A stretch of 64,000 nucleotides of DNA from an uncultured Acidimicrobiales bacterium. Lineage in GTDB: Bacteria; Actinomycetota; Acidimicrobiia; Acidimicrobiales; SZUA-35. This document shows positions 54,306 through 62,342 of the stretch, one piece after another (the first letter of the stretch is position 1; every line of letters begins with the position of its first letter). The stretch is taken from assembly GCA_937958015.1 (NCBI GenBank), contig CALGOA010000185.1, positions 938 to 64,937 of the forward strand. Reading direction: 5' to 3'. The position numbers and the translations under genes are program-made. The notes beneath the pieces were generated by a model that was not told the DNA's origin, did not search any database, and worked only from the letters and a program-made list of their open reading frames with translations.

Positions 54306-55247
54306 GTGTCAACGATCGCCAAGGCATCGCTGAACGCAGCCCAGCAGCAGGTTCTTGATCAGCTCGGTTCCACCGATCGTCCGGTTTTTGACCCGGCACT
54401 TCGGGCCCAGTTGCGACACGAACTCGATCAGGCGTTCGAACCGATGATCCCGGCGATCCCCAAGGACGAACCTCTTTTCGTGTCGAAACGATCGATCGGG
54501 ATGGTTCACAGCTGTGAGCAGCTGTTCGTCGCCGACAAGACCGAGGAGTTTCAGTGGAGTGTTCCGATCGCCCGCGGGATCGTGTCCCACAAGGCGATCG
54601 AACTGCTGGTTGGTTATCGGGGGAACCCCACGCCGCTCGAACTGGTCGAGTCGGCGATCGCCCGGCTCGAGAACGATGCCTACGGACCCGGCGACTTCCT
54701 GCTCGGACTCGATGAGGGCGAACGGGCAGAACTGGTCGCCCTCGCCAACGATCGGGTCACCACCTTCATGGAGACCTTCCCACCCCTGGAACGAAACTGG
54801 CGCCCGGTAACCGAATCCAAGGTTCGGGCCGAATTTGCCAACGGGCAGATTCAGCTCTCGGGCAAGATCGACCTCCAGCTCGGGTACGCCCGTGGCAACG
54901 AGGCCGGCAAGGTCACGATCGACCTCAAGACCGGACGTTCGCACCGAACCCATATCGACGATCTCCGGTTTTACGCCCTGATCGACACCCTGAAGACCGG
55001 TACCCCACCCCGGCTCCTCGTTAGTTATTACCTGGAGCAGGGCACACCCCACACCGAGGCTGTCACCGAGGACCTGCTGTGGACCGCCGCCCGCCGCACG
55101 GCCGAGGCCATCGGCCGGATGGTGGAATTGCAGTCCGAGGGGGTCGTACCCGAACGGACACCCAGCGGCGCGTGCACGTTCTGCCCGTTGCGCACCTCGT
55201 GTGAGGCTGGTGTGGCCTTCCTCGCCGAGCGGGCTCAGACAGCCTGA
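54306..55247 (+). CDS. PD-(D/E)XK nuclease family protein (RecB/Cas4-like fold with C-terminal Cys cluster)
   Basis: GTG 54306 (VSTIAKASL...). Core motif GKIDLQL...GKVTIDLKTGR (D..D/ExK-type), with YALI and a C-terminal CTFCPLRTSC. The track ORF from 54198 overlaps the upstream gene. Confidence 0.6.
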   Translation: MSTIAKASLNAAQQQVLDQLGSTDRPVFDPALRAQLRHELDQAFEPMIPAIPKDEPLFVSKRSIGMVHSCEQLFVADKTEEFQWSVPIARGIVSHKAIELLVGYRGNPTPLELVESAIARLENDAYGPGDFLLGLDEGERAELVALANDRVTTFMETFPPLERNWRPVTESKVRAEFANGQIQLSGKIDLQLGYARGNEAGKVTIDLKTGRSHRTHIDDLRFYALIDTLKTGTPPRLLVSYYLEQGTPHTEAVTEDLLWTAARRTAEAIGRMVELQSEGVVPERTPSGACTFCPLRTSCEAGVAFLAERAQTA

Positions 55248-56287
55248 TCCGCCGCCGGGTGGACGTGATGATCCATCGCTCCGTACTTTCGATGGAACAG
55301 GAGCCAGGCCACCGCCCCCGCCAGTATTGGCAGCCACAACGAAACGATTCGATACGCCAGCGTGGCCAACAGGGCGTCACCCTTGGTGATGCCCGAAAGC
55401 ACCAGCAGATAGGTCATGCCGGTTTCCACGAATCCGAATCCGCCCGGTGTCACCGGGATCATGGTGAGTAGTGCGCCGCCGGTGTAGGCCAGCAACACCA
55501 GTGACAACCGGGGATCGGCTCCCACCGCCACCAGCGCGGTGACGAGCACCAGGTAGTCGAATACCCAGTTGAGGGCCGCAGCCACGATGGCGAGAAGCCA
55601 CCGGTCCCCGACCGCATCCACCATCCGGTCCCGCTCTTTCACCAGCGTGCGCGGATCGACGTGCCAGTCGGTTCGAAATACCCGGGCGGCCCAATGGGTG
55701 GCCTTGGAAACGAGTAGACCCAGTCGGACCAGAGGGCGGGTGGTGCGCACCGAGATCACTCCCACGCCCACCAAAACGGGGAAGAGGACTCCACCGGCGA
55801 GCACGGCCGGCACCAGGCTCTCAGGAATAGGGGCACCGGCCAGAGCCAGTGCAAAACCGGCTGCCGGGAAGGCGGCCAACGCCGTGGTGGAGAGCCCGCT
55901 GGTGGCGGCCAGTGCGGCTCCGGCCTGCCCCGAGGAGGTGCCACTGACGGACAGCATGCGATACAGCACCGCCCCGCCGACGGCGGCGCCACCGGGCACG
56001 ACGCGGCTGGCGGCGTTGGAGGCCAACTGACTGGTAGCAGCCACGAACCACGACACGTTCGGGAGCACGATCCTGGTCAACCACCAGAGGAACCCGAAAC
56101 TGACGGTCTCGAACAGGATCATCAGCAGGAACCATCGCCGGTTGATTTTGACCAGCTCGGGGGCCGAGTTGAACAGTTCCAGAATGTTCGGCGCGAAGTA
56201 GTACAGCGACAACATGCCGACGAACATGATGACGGCGCGACGGACAAGTGCGGGACCACTAAAGAGGTCAACACGGGGCGTTCCCAT
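55235..56287 (-). CDS. UPF0104 / lysylphosphatidylglycerol-synthase-TM-like (flippase-like) membrane protein
   Basis: 350-aa polytopic ORF with the characteristic SRVVPGGAAVGG and IPVTPGGFGFVETG motifs. Confidence 0.7.
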   Translation of the reverse strand: MGTPRVDLFSGPALVRRAVIMFVGMLSLYYFAPNILELFNSAPELVKINRRWFLLMILFETVSFGFLWWLTRIVLPNVSWFVAATSQLASNAASRVVPGGAAVGGAVLYRMLSVSGTSSGQAGAALAATSGLSTTALAAFPAAGFALALAGAPIPESLVPAVLAGGVLFPVLVGVGVISVRTTRPLVRLGLLVSKATHWAARVFRTDWHVDPRTLVKERDRMVDAVGDRWLLAIVAAALNWVFDYLVLVTALVAVGADPRLSLVLLAYTGGALLTMIPVTPGGFGFVETGMTYLLVLSGITKGDALLATLAYRIVSLWLPILAGAVAWLLFHRKYGAMDHHVHPAADQAV

Positions 56288-56880
56288 CAGCTGAAGTCCC
56301 GAAGCGATCGTTCGAAACGGCCAAAGAGTCGGTCCAGACCCGCTACTGGTAGGCCCACTATTGCGTTGTGGTCGCCATCGATACGGTCGACAAACACCGA
56401 CGCGGCGCCTTGGATGGCGTACGCCCCGGCTTTGCCGACATGTTCACCGGTACCGAGATACCAGTCGATGTCGGCGTCGCTGAGTTCCCGCATCCAGACC
56501 GTGCTGGTCTCGACGCTGGAGTACATGGCGCCCGAGGGCGACATCACGGCGATTCCGGTGAAGACGTGATGGTCGGATCCACTGAGGAACGACAACATTC
56601 GGCGCGCATCGGCATCGCCTTCGGGTTTGGCCAGGATCTGGCCGGCCCGGTAGACGGTGGTGTCGCCACCGATCACGAAGGCGTCGGATTCGGTGACGGC
56701 GACGTGAGCAGCCTTTTCCTCCGCCAGTCGCTGCACCATGGCGGCGGCGGACTCGCCGGGAAACTCGGTTTCGTCGATGTCGGCGGGGACCACATCAAAC
56801 TGGGTTCCGAGCGCCGAAAGCAGTGCGACCCGTCGGGGTGAGGCCGACGCCAGCACGAGTCGAGCACGCTCTGCCATCAT
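56287..56880 (-). CDS. maf: Maf-like nucleoside triphosphate pyrophosphatase
   Basis: 197-aa ORF with LVLASASPRRVALL, VIGGDT, GKAGAYAIQG and IVGLPV. Confidence 0.9.
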   Translation of the reverse strand: MMAERARLVLASASPRRVALLSALGTQFDVVPADIDETEFPGESAAAMVQRLAEEKAAHVAVTESDAFVIGGDTTVYRAGQILAKPEGDADARRMLSFLSGSDHHVFTGIAVMSPSGAMYSSVETSTVWMRELSDADIDWYLGTGEHVGKAGAYAIQGAASVFVDRIDGDHNAIVGLPVAGLDRLFGRFERSLRDFS

Positions 56881-56990
56881 CTCATCCTAGTGGCGACCGG
56901 TGGACCCTTCGATTGGCCGTTTGACTACAACCGTCGAGGTCTGGCGGAAAAGAAGTTCACCCCGAGGCCGGATCTGCCGATGGTCACCGT

Positions 56991-57344
56991 ATGGATCATG
57001 ATGCCCGTGATACCGCACGTTGGATAGACATTCCCGTCCTTGCCCAGGACCCGGCCGAGTCTGCCCTGCTCACCCACTTTCTCACCGAGAACTCATTCCG
57101 ATTTCAGCAGTCACGCCGCTTCTTCAGCGTCCCGATCGAGGATGCCGACCGACTGGAAGAACGAGTCAACCTGTGGGCGTTCAACCATGAGATGCCACCC
57201 GACACCCGGGTGGAGGACTCACTGGACGCCACGTTGTCGATGATCGGCGAAGTTGTTCTGCTGGCGATCGCGGCGGCCAAGGCCAACGTCTCCCCCAATC
57301 CGATTCCAGCTGCCGGGATCGACCTCACCCGCAACGAGAACTGA
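56991..57344 (+). CDS. hypothetical protein
   Basis: 117-aa acidic ORF with one hydrophobic segment (IGEVVLLAIAAAKA). No family was recognised. Confidence 0.4.
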   Translation: MDHDARDTARWIDIPVLAQDPAESALLTHFLTENSFRFQQSRRFFSVPIEDADRLEERVNLWAFNHEMPPDTRVEDSLDATLSMIGEVVLLAIAAAKANVSPNPIPAAGIDLTRNEN

Positions 57345-57346
57345 CC

Positions 57347-57961
57347 CTACAACCAGGCGCTCGTCAGTTCGTCGCCACGTTCGGCCCAGTCTTCGGCTGT
57401 CATTGCGAATCGGGAATGGTCTTCCCATACGCCGTTGATCTCGAGGTACCGCTCGGCGATGCCCTCGTGGCGAATCCCGAGCTTCTCAACAACCCGCAGT
57501 GACCGGTCGTTTCGAGGCACGATGGCGATCTGCACCCGATGGAGTCCGACCCGCTCGAAGGCGAACTGCAGCGACAGAACGACCGACTCGGGAATGTAGC
57601 CGTTTCCGGCCCTGGCCTCATCCATCCAGTACCCGAGATAGGCGTTCTGGAACGCCCCTCGCTGCACCGAGTTGAGGTTGATCTCGCCGACGAAGTGTCC
57701 GCCGACGAAGATCCCGAAACCGTAACCGGTGCCCATCTGCCAGCTGCGATCACGGCTGTGACAACGTAACGAGAAGGCGGTCCGGTCGGCGGTGAGATCG
57801 GGGGCGCTGGGCGGGCTGGACGGTTCCCAGACGGTCAGCCATTTATGGTTCCGTCGCCGGACGGCCGACCACTGGGCGAAGTCGTCGGGTCGAAGCGTGC
57901 GCAGCAGCACCCTGCGCCCGAGGAGATTGGTCTGGGGTGATGGCTGCTGGGCCGAATCCAC
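57347..57961 (-). CDS. GNAT N-acetyltransferase, RimJ/RimL-like
   Basis: The GTG start directly abuts the upstream stop. Motifs: LLRTLRPDDFAQW...NHKWLTVWEP and GYWMDEARAGNGY...LHRVQIAIVPRNDRS. Confidence 0.8.
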   Translation of the reverse strand: MDSAQQPSPQTNLLGRRVLLRTLRPDDFAQWSAVRRRNHKWLTVWEPSSPPSAPDLTADRTAFSLRCHSRDRSWQMGTGYGFGIFVGGHFVGEINLNSVQRGAFQNAYLGYWMDEARAGNGYIPESVVLSLQFAFERVGLHRVQIAIVPRNDRSLRVVEKLGIRHEGIAERYLEINGVWEDHSRFAMTAEDWAERGDELTSAWL

Positions 57962-58510
57962 CTAGATCTCCGCCCCCGCTGACAGCGTGATGCTGTCGAT
58001 GTCCCAGCAGCGCATCATCTCGACGACGAGGCAACCGCCGCCGAGGATGAGATCGGTCCACTCGGCATCCAGGCCCGGGTTGTACGCGCGGTCAGCGAGG
58101 GACTCTGTTGCAATGGTTCGAAACACGTCCTCGACAGCTTCGCGGGTGAGCACAAAACCTTCCAACTCGAAGTCCGCCGAACCCACCTCCACCGCCGCCA
58201 CATTCACCAGCAACGGTCCGACGCCCGAGACCACTCCGTCTCGCACGGTCATGTCGAATCGGCTCCGGCCATCATCGAGACTGCGCTCGGCGCCCAACTC
58301 GCGGCTGATGTCGTCGAGGTGAAGTTCAACGACCGAGAGCGCTGCGGAGAGTTCCTCGGGTCGTGGTGGATCGGCGCCCAGGTAGAGGTCGGTGATGTTC
58401 TTGTACCCGAGCGGGAACTCGAGATCGATGTCGGGCAAAGGATCTACGCCTCGGATGGTGAACGTGGTCCGATGGGACTGAGGTTCGAACGTCATGATTC
58501 CCGGGCTCAT
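57962..58510 (-). CDS. short Ppx/GppA-related protein (partial-length relative to canonical exopolyphosphatases)
   Basis: ATG 58510 overlaps the DUF501 stop (ATGA). The ~180-aa product has PPRPEELSAALSVVELHLDDISRE..., resembling only part of the Ppx/GppA N-terminal region. The position after DUF501 matches the conserved actinobacterial gene order. Confidence 0.5.
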   Translation of the reverse strand: MSPGIMTFEPQSHRTTFTIRGVDPLPDIDLEFPLGYKNITDLYLGADPPRPEELSAALSVVELHLDDISRELGAERSLDDGRSRFDMTVRDGVVSGVGPLLVNVAAVEVGSADFELEGFVLTREAVEDVFRTIATESLADRAYNPGLDAEWTDLILGGGCLVVEMMRCWDIDSITLSAGAEI

Positions 58511-59037
58511 GCGGACGCCACCCCCGGCATGGCGGGATCGAATGCGCAGTCGCGCTGTTGAAGCGCGCCCTGGACCCACTCGCCGACCACATCCGGTGCT
58601 CCGGCGAGATAGTTGGCGTAGTGGGTGTGCAGACATTTGACGCCCTGACGGGTTCCGCCCACCCCGCCAAAGGGTCGCGGCCCCTCGTACGCGGGGTCGA
58701 TGTGGGCATCCCGTTCGCGTTGCGCTCGCCGATGGGTGAGAATCAGCCCATCGGGGTCGACCTGGGCTTCGGCTGCCTTCACGCCACCGTCGGACTCGAG
58801 ACCGCTGATGGTTCGGACCAGGAACGGGTCGCAGAGCCAGAACCGGGTGGGCATGGGGCGACCATTATGGAAGAGCGGCATGTTGGAGACCACCACGGGA
58901 CTGCGGTCATGGCGTCGGACGCACACGCTGAAAGTTCCCATGGGCGGACGGCCCAGCAACTCGGTCACCATGGCTTGGTCGTCCGCATCGATCACGGCAT
59001 CACCCGCCACGGTCAGCCCCGGCTCCTGATCAACCAA
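58507..59037 (-). CDS. DUF501 domain protein
   Basis: VTELLGRPPMGTFSV...PMPTRFWLCDP...GGVGGTRQGVKCLHTHYANYLAG is typical of DUF501. An alternative start at 58971 would remove the 25-nt overlap with coxG. Confidence 0.75.
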   Translation of the reverse strand: MVDQEPGLTVAGDAVIDADDQAMVTELLGRPPMGTFSVCVRRHDRSPVVVSNMPLFHNGRPMPTRFWLCDPFLVRTISGLESDGGVKAAEAQVDPDGLILTHRRAQRERDAHIDPAYEGPRPFGGVGGTRQGVKCLHTHYANYLAGAPDVVGEWVQGALQQRDCAFDPAMPGVASA

Positions 59038-59657
59038 CGAAGGACCAGCACCGCGACGGCGCCGGCGGCTACCGGTGCCAACCGTTTCGTGATCGTCTCA
59101 CCACTGACCGCCAGCAGATCGACCGCCTCGGCTTCGGGTCCGTCGATGGTCCGAACTGTTGGCGTATCGACCGACGCCGGGGTGTTTTCGACGGCGATCT
59201 GTTCGGACGGCTGCTCCGATGCGAGCTTGTCCCGGAGGTTGTCGACGAACTGGCCGAGAATCTTGCCTGAGATGTCCTCGATCGCGCCGCGGCCGAAGCT
59301 GGCGATCTTTCCGGACAGGCTGAGATCGGTGTGTACGGTCACCTCGGTCACCGCATCGCCCATCTGCTTCATCGACGCTGTCACCAATGCGTTCGCATTC
59401 CCCTGGCGCGGATCTCGACCTTCGGCTTTCAACTCGGCCCGGTGGTTCTCAGCATCCTGTTCCACGAAGCGGGCGGCACCTTTGTACTTGGCCGAGATTG
59501 GGCCGACCTTCACCTTGACGATCCCGCGATATTCTCCTCCCTCGATCTCGGTGAGCTGGGCACCGGGAAAACAGGGAGCAATGAACTCGAGGTCGGTAAG
59601 GATCTTCCAGGTTTCAGCGACCGGCCGATCAACTTCAAACGAGTTGGTGAGTTCCAT
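59013..59657 (-). CDS. SRPBCC/CoxG family (carbon monoxide dehydrogenase subunit G-like) protein with C-terminal TM tail
   Basis: MELTNSFEVDRPVAETWKILTDLEFIAPCFPGAQLTEIEGGEYRGIVKVKVGPISAKYKG, with a hydrophobic C-terminus (LAPVAAGAVAVLVLRWL). Confidence 0.8.
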   Translation of the reverse strand: MELTNSFEVDRPVAETWKILTDLEFIAPCFPGAQLTEIEGGEYRGIVKVKVGPISAKYKGAARFVEQDAENHRAELKAEGRDPRQGNANALVTASMKQMGDAVTEVTVHTDLSLSGKIASFGRGAIEDISGKILGQFVDNLRDKLASEQPSEQIAVENTPASVDTPTVRTIDGPEAEAVDLLAVSGETITKRLAPVAAGAVAVLVLRWLIRSRG

Positions 59658-59661
59658 GACA

Positions 59662-60291
59662 CTATTCCTTTGGGGATGGGGTCTTTTGGGAAGCGGGCGA
59701 ACTCGGCGAGTTTGCCTCGGCGGCGAGCAGGTCCTCGAGTGTGTCCACATCGAGGGGACTTCCGGGGCACGGTACCTCCGAAACAAGCTCAGGATGGCGT
59801 TCCATCAGCACTCGGGCGCCCTCATCCCCCTCGGTGGGCAGGAGCGCCCAAACCGAACGATCCAACTTCACCGGGGGTCGGCGTTTTCCACCGAACGATG
59901 CAGCCACGATCGGACCGATCGACGCCCCCACAACCCGCCAAGCGGCGATCCCGGCGCCGGGTTGATCACCCAGACCGACCACCATGGCGGAGTGATTGGC
60001 GGTCTCAGCCACCGCGCGTGCCGCCTGCAGGCTGGAGGCCTGCCCGGACTGCCACCGCTCGTTGTGAACTATCTCAATCGACGTTCCCGTGGAGGTCTCA
60101 ACCGCGGCTATCTCAGACGAGAGATCCACGGCTCCGGTGACCACTACCAACTGATTGAACCCGGCTCCGACCATCGCCCGTAACGAGTGGCCGATGACCG
60201 GCTCTCCCCGTAGGAGGGCGGTGAGTTTGTGGTTGGAACCTTCGAACCGTGAACCCCCACCCGCTGCGAGGAGTACGCCGGCAATCGTCAT
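59662..60291 (-). CDS. MobA/MocA-like molybdenum cofactor nucleotidyltransferase
   Basis: ATG 60291 overlaps the xdhC stop (ATGA). Motifs: IAGVLLAAGGGSRFEGSNHKL and VGLGDQP. Confidence 0.75.
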   Translation of the reverse strand: MTIAGVLLAAGGGSRFEGSNHKLTALLRGEPVIGHSLRAMVGAGFNQLVVVTGAVDLSSEIAAVETSTGTSIEIVHNERWQSGQASSLQAARAVAETANHSAMVVGLGDQPGAGIAAWRVVGASIGPIVAASFGGKRRPPVKLDRSVWALLPTEGDEGARVLMERHPELVSEVPCPGSPLDVDTLEDLLAAEANSPSSPASQKTPSPKE

Positions 60292-61079
60292 TCGACCGTC
60301 CGATGGATGTCGCCTTCGGTCCCGGAGAGGAACGGCGCCGACCGTCCGGAGCGGAGTGCGATGATCTCCGCGCAGATCGAAATGGCGGTTTCCTCGGGTG
60401 TCCTGGCCCCGAGATCGAGGCCGATCGGTGCGTACATCCGGGACAGCTCCTCGTCGGTCACCCCTTCGGCCCGGAGACGTTTGGCCCGGTCGTTCGTGGT
60501 GCGACGAGATCCCATGGCCCCGATGTACCCAGCGCTGGTCTTGAGCGCTCCGATGACGGCGGGAACATCGAACTTCGGATCGTGGGTCAGCACACAGACC
60601 GCGTCCCGGGGGCCCAGGTCGGGCCCGACTTTTTCGAGCAGGCGGTGGGGCCAATCGACCACGAGATCATCGGCGAGCGGGAACCGCTGGCGGGTGGTAA
60701 ATACCGGGCGGGCGTCACAGACCGTCACGCGGTAGCCGAGAACCTTGGCGACCCGACATAACGCAGCCGTGAAATCGACGGCACCGAAGATCAACATCTG
60801 GGGCGGTGCGGCGAAGGACTCGATGAAGACCTTCACCTCGTCCTGTCGGGCCTCACCTTTGGGTCCGTAGTTGCGGACCGAGGTGATCCCGGCGGCGAGT
60901 TCACCAATGGCGTCGCGGATCACCACCCGGTCAAGGTCGGGTTGGCCCAACGAACCCATCGGGTCCTGGTTTGGTCGCACGAGAAGTTTGGCGCCCACGT
61001 TTGGCCCTTCGACCACGGTGGCGAGTGCAACGGGGCTCTCGGAGACGAGAGCGGCGGAGAGAACCTCGAAGATACTCAC
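60288..61079 (-). CDS. XdhC/CoxI family molybdoenzyme accessory (sulfuration/maturation) protein
   Basis: GTG 61079 overlaps the upstream stop (GTGA). It has an N-terminal XdhC_CoxI domain (ALATVVEGPNVGAKLLV) and a Rossmann-like XdhC_C domain (MLIFGAVDFTAALCRVAKVLGYRVTVCDARP). Confidence 0.8.
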   Translation of the reverse strand: MSIFEVLSAALVSESPVALATVVEGPNVGAKLLVRPNQDPMGSLGQPDLDRVVIRDAIGELAAGITSVRNYGPKGEARQDEVKVFIESFAAPPQMLIFGAVDFTAALCRVAKVLGYRVTVCDARPVFTTRQRFPLADDLVVDWPHRLLEKVGPDLGPRDAVCVLTHDPKFDVPAVIGALKTSAGYIGAMGSRRTTNDRAKRLRAEGVTDEELSRMYAPIGLDLGARTPEETAISICAEIIALRSGRSAPFLSGTEGDIHRTVE

Positions 61080-61390
61080 CAGTCGAGGGGCTCGAGGAAG
61101 AGGTGGATGGTCCCGCCGCAGGTGAGTCCCACCGCGAACGCTTCGTCGTCGGAGTAGCCGAAGGTGACGATTCGTCGTGAATTGTCTTCCAGACACTGCA
61201 GGGCTTCGTGCACAACTGCGCCCTCGACACATCCGCCGCTGACCGAACCGGCGACGTCGCCGTCTTCGTTCACCGCCATCGACGCTCCGGGCAGCCGGGG
61301 TCCTGAACCTTCGATGTCGACCACGCGGGCCACTGCGACCCGTTTGCCCTGTGCTTTCCAACCCTTGAGGTCGGCGAGGATTTCCTTCAC
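61076..61390 (-). CDS. stand-alone XdhC N-terminal-domain protein
   Basis: 104-aa ORF: VAVARVVDIEGSGPRLPGASMAVNEDGDVAGSVSGGCVEGAV...GLTCGGTIHLFLEP. Confidence 0.75.
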   Translation of the reverse strand: MKEILADLKGWKAQGKRVAVARVVDIEGSGPRLPGASMAVNEDGDVAGSVSGGCVEGAVVHEALQCLEDNSRRIVTFGYSDDEAFAVGLTCGGTIHLFLEPLDW

Positions 61391-61446
61391 AGGTTCAGGC
61401 TACCGAGTTCCCTGCCGGGCAGCCAGCCTGCGCCGGTGCGTTCGGG

Positions 61447-62304
61447 TTAGAAGCCAGCGTCGACAAGAGCGCGTTTCACCAGCACTCGAGCCAGGTGCTG
61501 GCGATACTCGACGCTGGCGTTGAGGTCGGAGCTGGGGGCGGTGCCCTCGGCAGCCAACGCGGCCGCATCGGCGGCGTTTGCTCCGCCCGCAAGAGCTTCT
61601 TCCACCGCGGTGGCCCGCATCGGAGTTGGGCCCATGTTGACCAGGGCGACCCGGGCCGAACCTTTCACCTGCTGGGCCGACACTCCCACGATCGCCCAGT
61701 CCTGGGCTCGGCGGTTGAACTTCTGGTAGCCCCAGCCCATGCCGGTGGCTTTGGGAATGCGGACCTCGGTGATCATTTCGGTGTCGGAGATGTCGGACTC
61801 GAGGAAGCCGGTGAACAGATCGGTCGCCTCGATCACCCGTTCACCACCGTCGGCGGATCGAACAACGATGCTGCCGCCATGGGCCAACAATGCCGAGGGC
61901 GTATCGGCGGCCGAGTCGGCGTGGGCGATCGAACCGCCCAGCGTGCCCCGATGGCGGACCTGCGGATCCCCGACATTCGCCGTCGCCCGGGCCAGAAGCG
62001 GCGCGTGTTGTGCGATCAGATCGTTGGTTTCGATCGCCCGGTGACGGGTGAGCGCACCGATCGCAAGGTGGTCGCCGGCGTCGCGAACGTACGACAGGTC
62101 GCTCAGGCGGTCGATATCGACGACCACCGACGGGTACGCCAACCGCAGCTTCATCATCGGAAGCAACGAGTGGCCACCGGCCATCAGTTTGGCCTCATCC
62201 CCGTGTTCTGAAAGGGCGGCGAGCGCCTCGTCGACAGATCCGGCTCTCACATAATCAAACGCAACAGGTATCACCCCCACACCTTCGCACACGAGTAATG
62301 TCAA
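61447..62304 (-). CDS. FAD-binding medium subunit of a xanthine dehydrogenase / CO dehydrogenase family molybdoenzyme (CoxM-like)
   Basis: FDYVRAGSVDEALAALSEHGDEAKLMAGGHSLLPMMKLRLA...VRHRGTLGGSIAH. The start may lie a few codons downstream of 62304. Confidence 0.85.
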   Translation of the reverse strand: MTLLVCEGVGVIPVAFDYVRAGSVDEALAALSEHGDEAKLMAGGHSLLPMMKLRLAYPSVVVDIDRLSDLSYVRDAGDHLAIGALTRHRAIETNDLIAQHAPLLARATANVGDPQVRHRGTLGGSIAHADSAADTPSALLAHGGSIVVRSADGGERVIEATDLFTGFLESDISDTEMITEVRIPKATGMGWGYQKFNRRAQDWAIVGVSAQQVKGSARVALVNMGPTPMRATAVEEALAGGANAADAAALAAEGTAPSSDLNASVEYRQHLARVLVKRALVDAGF

Positions 62305-62342
62305 CGCCAGATACCCGGGCGACCTATTGGAGCTGACCTCAG

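Noticed and set aside
58558-60183. 541-aa plus-strand ORF
   Set aside because: It is antisense to four consecutive minus-strand genes that all have family signatures and coupled start/stop codons (DUF501, CoxG, MocA-like, XdhC). Its sequence is Ser/Arg/Pro-rich and featureless.
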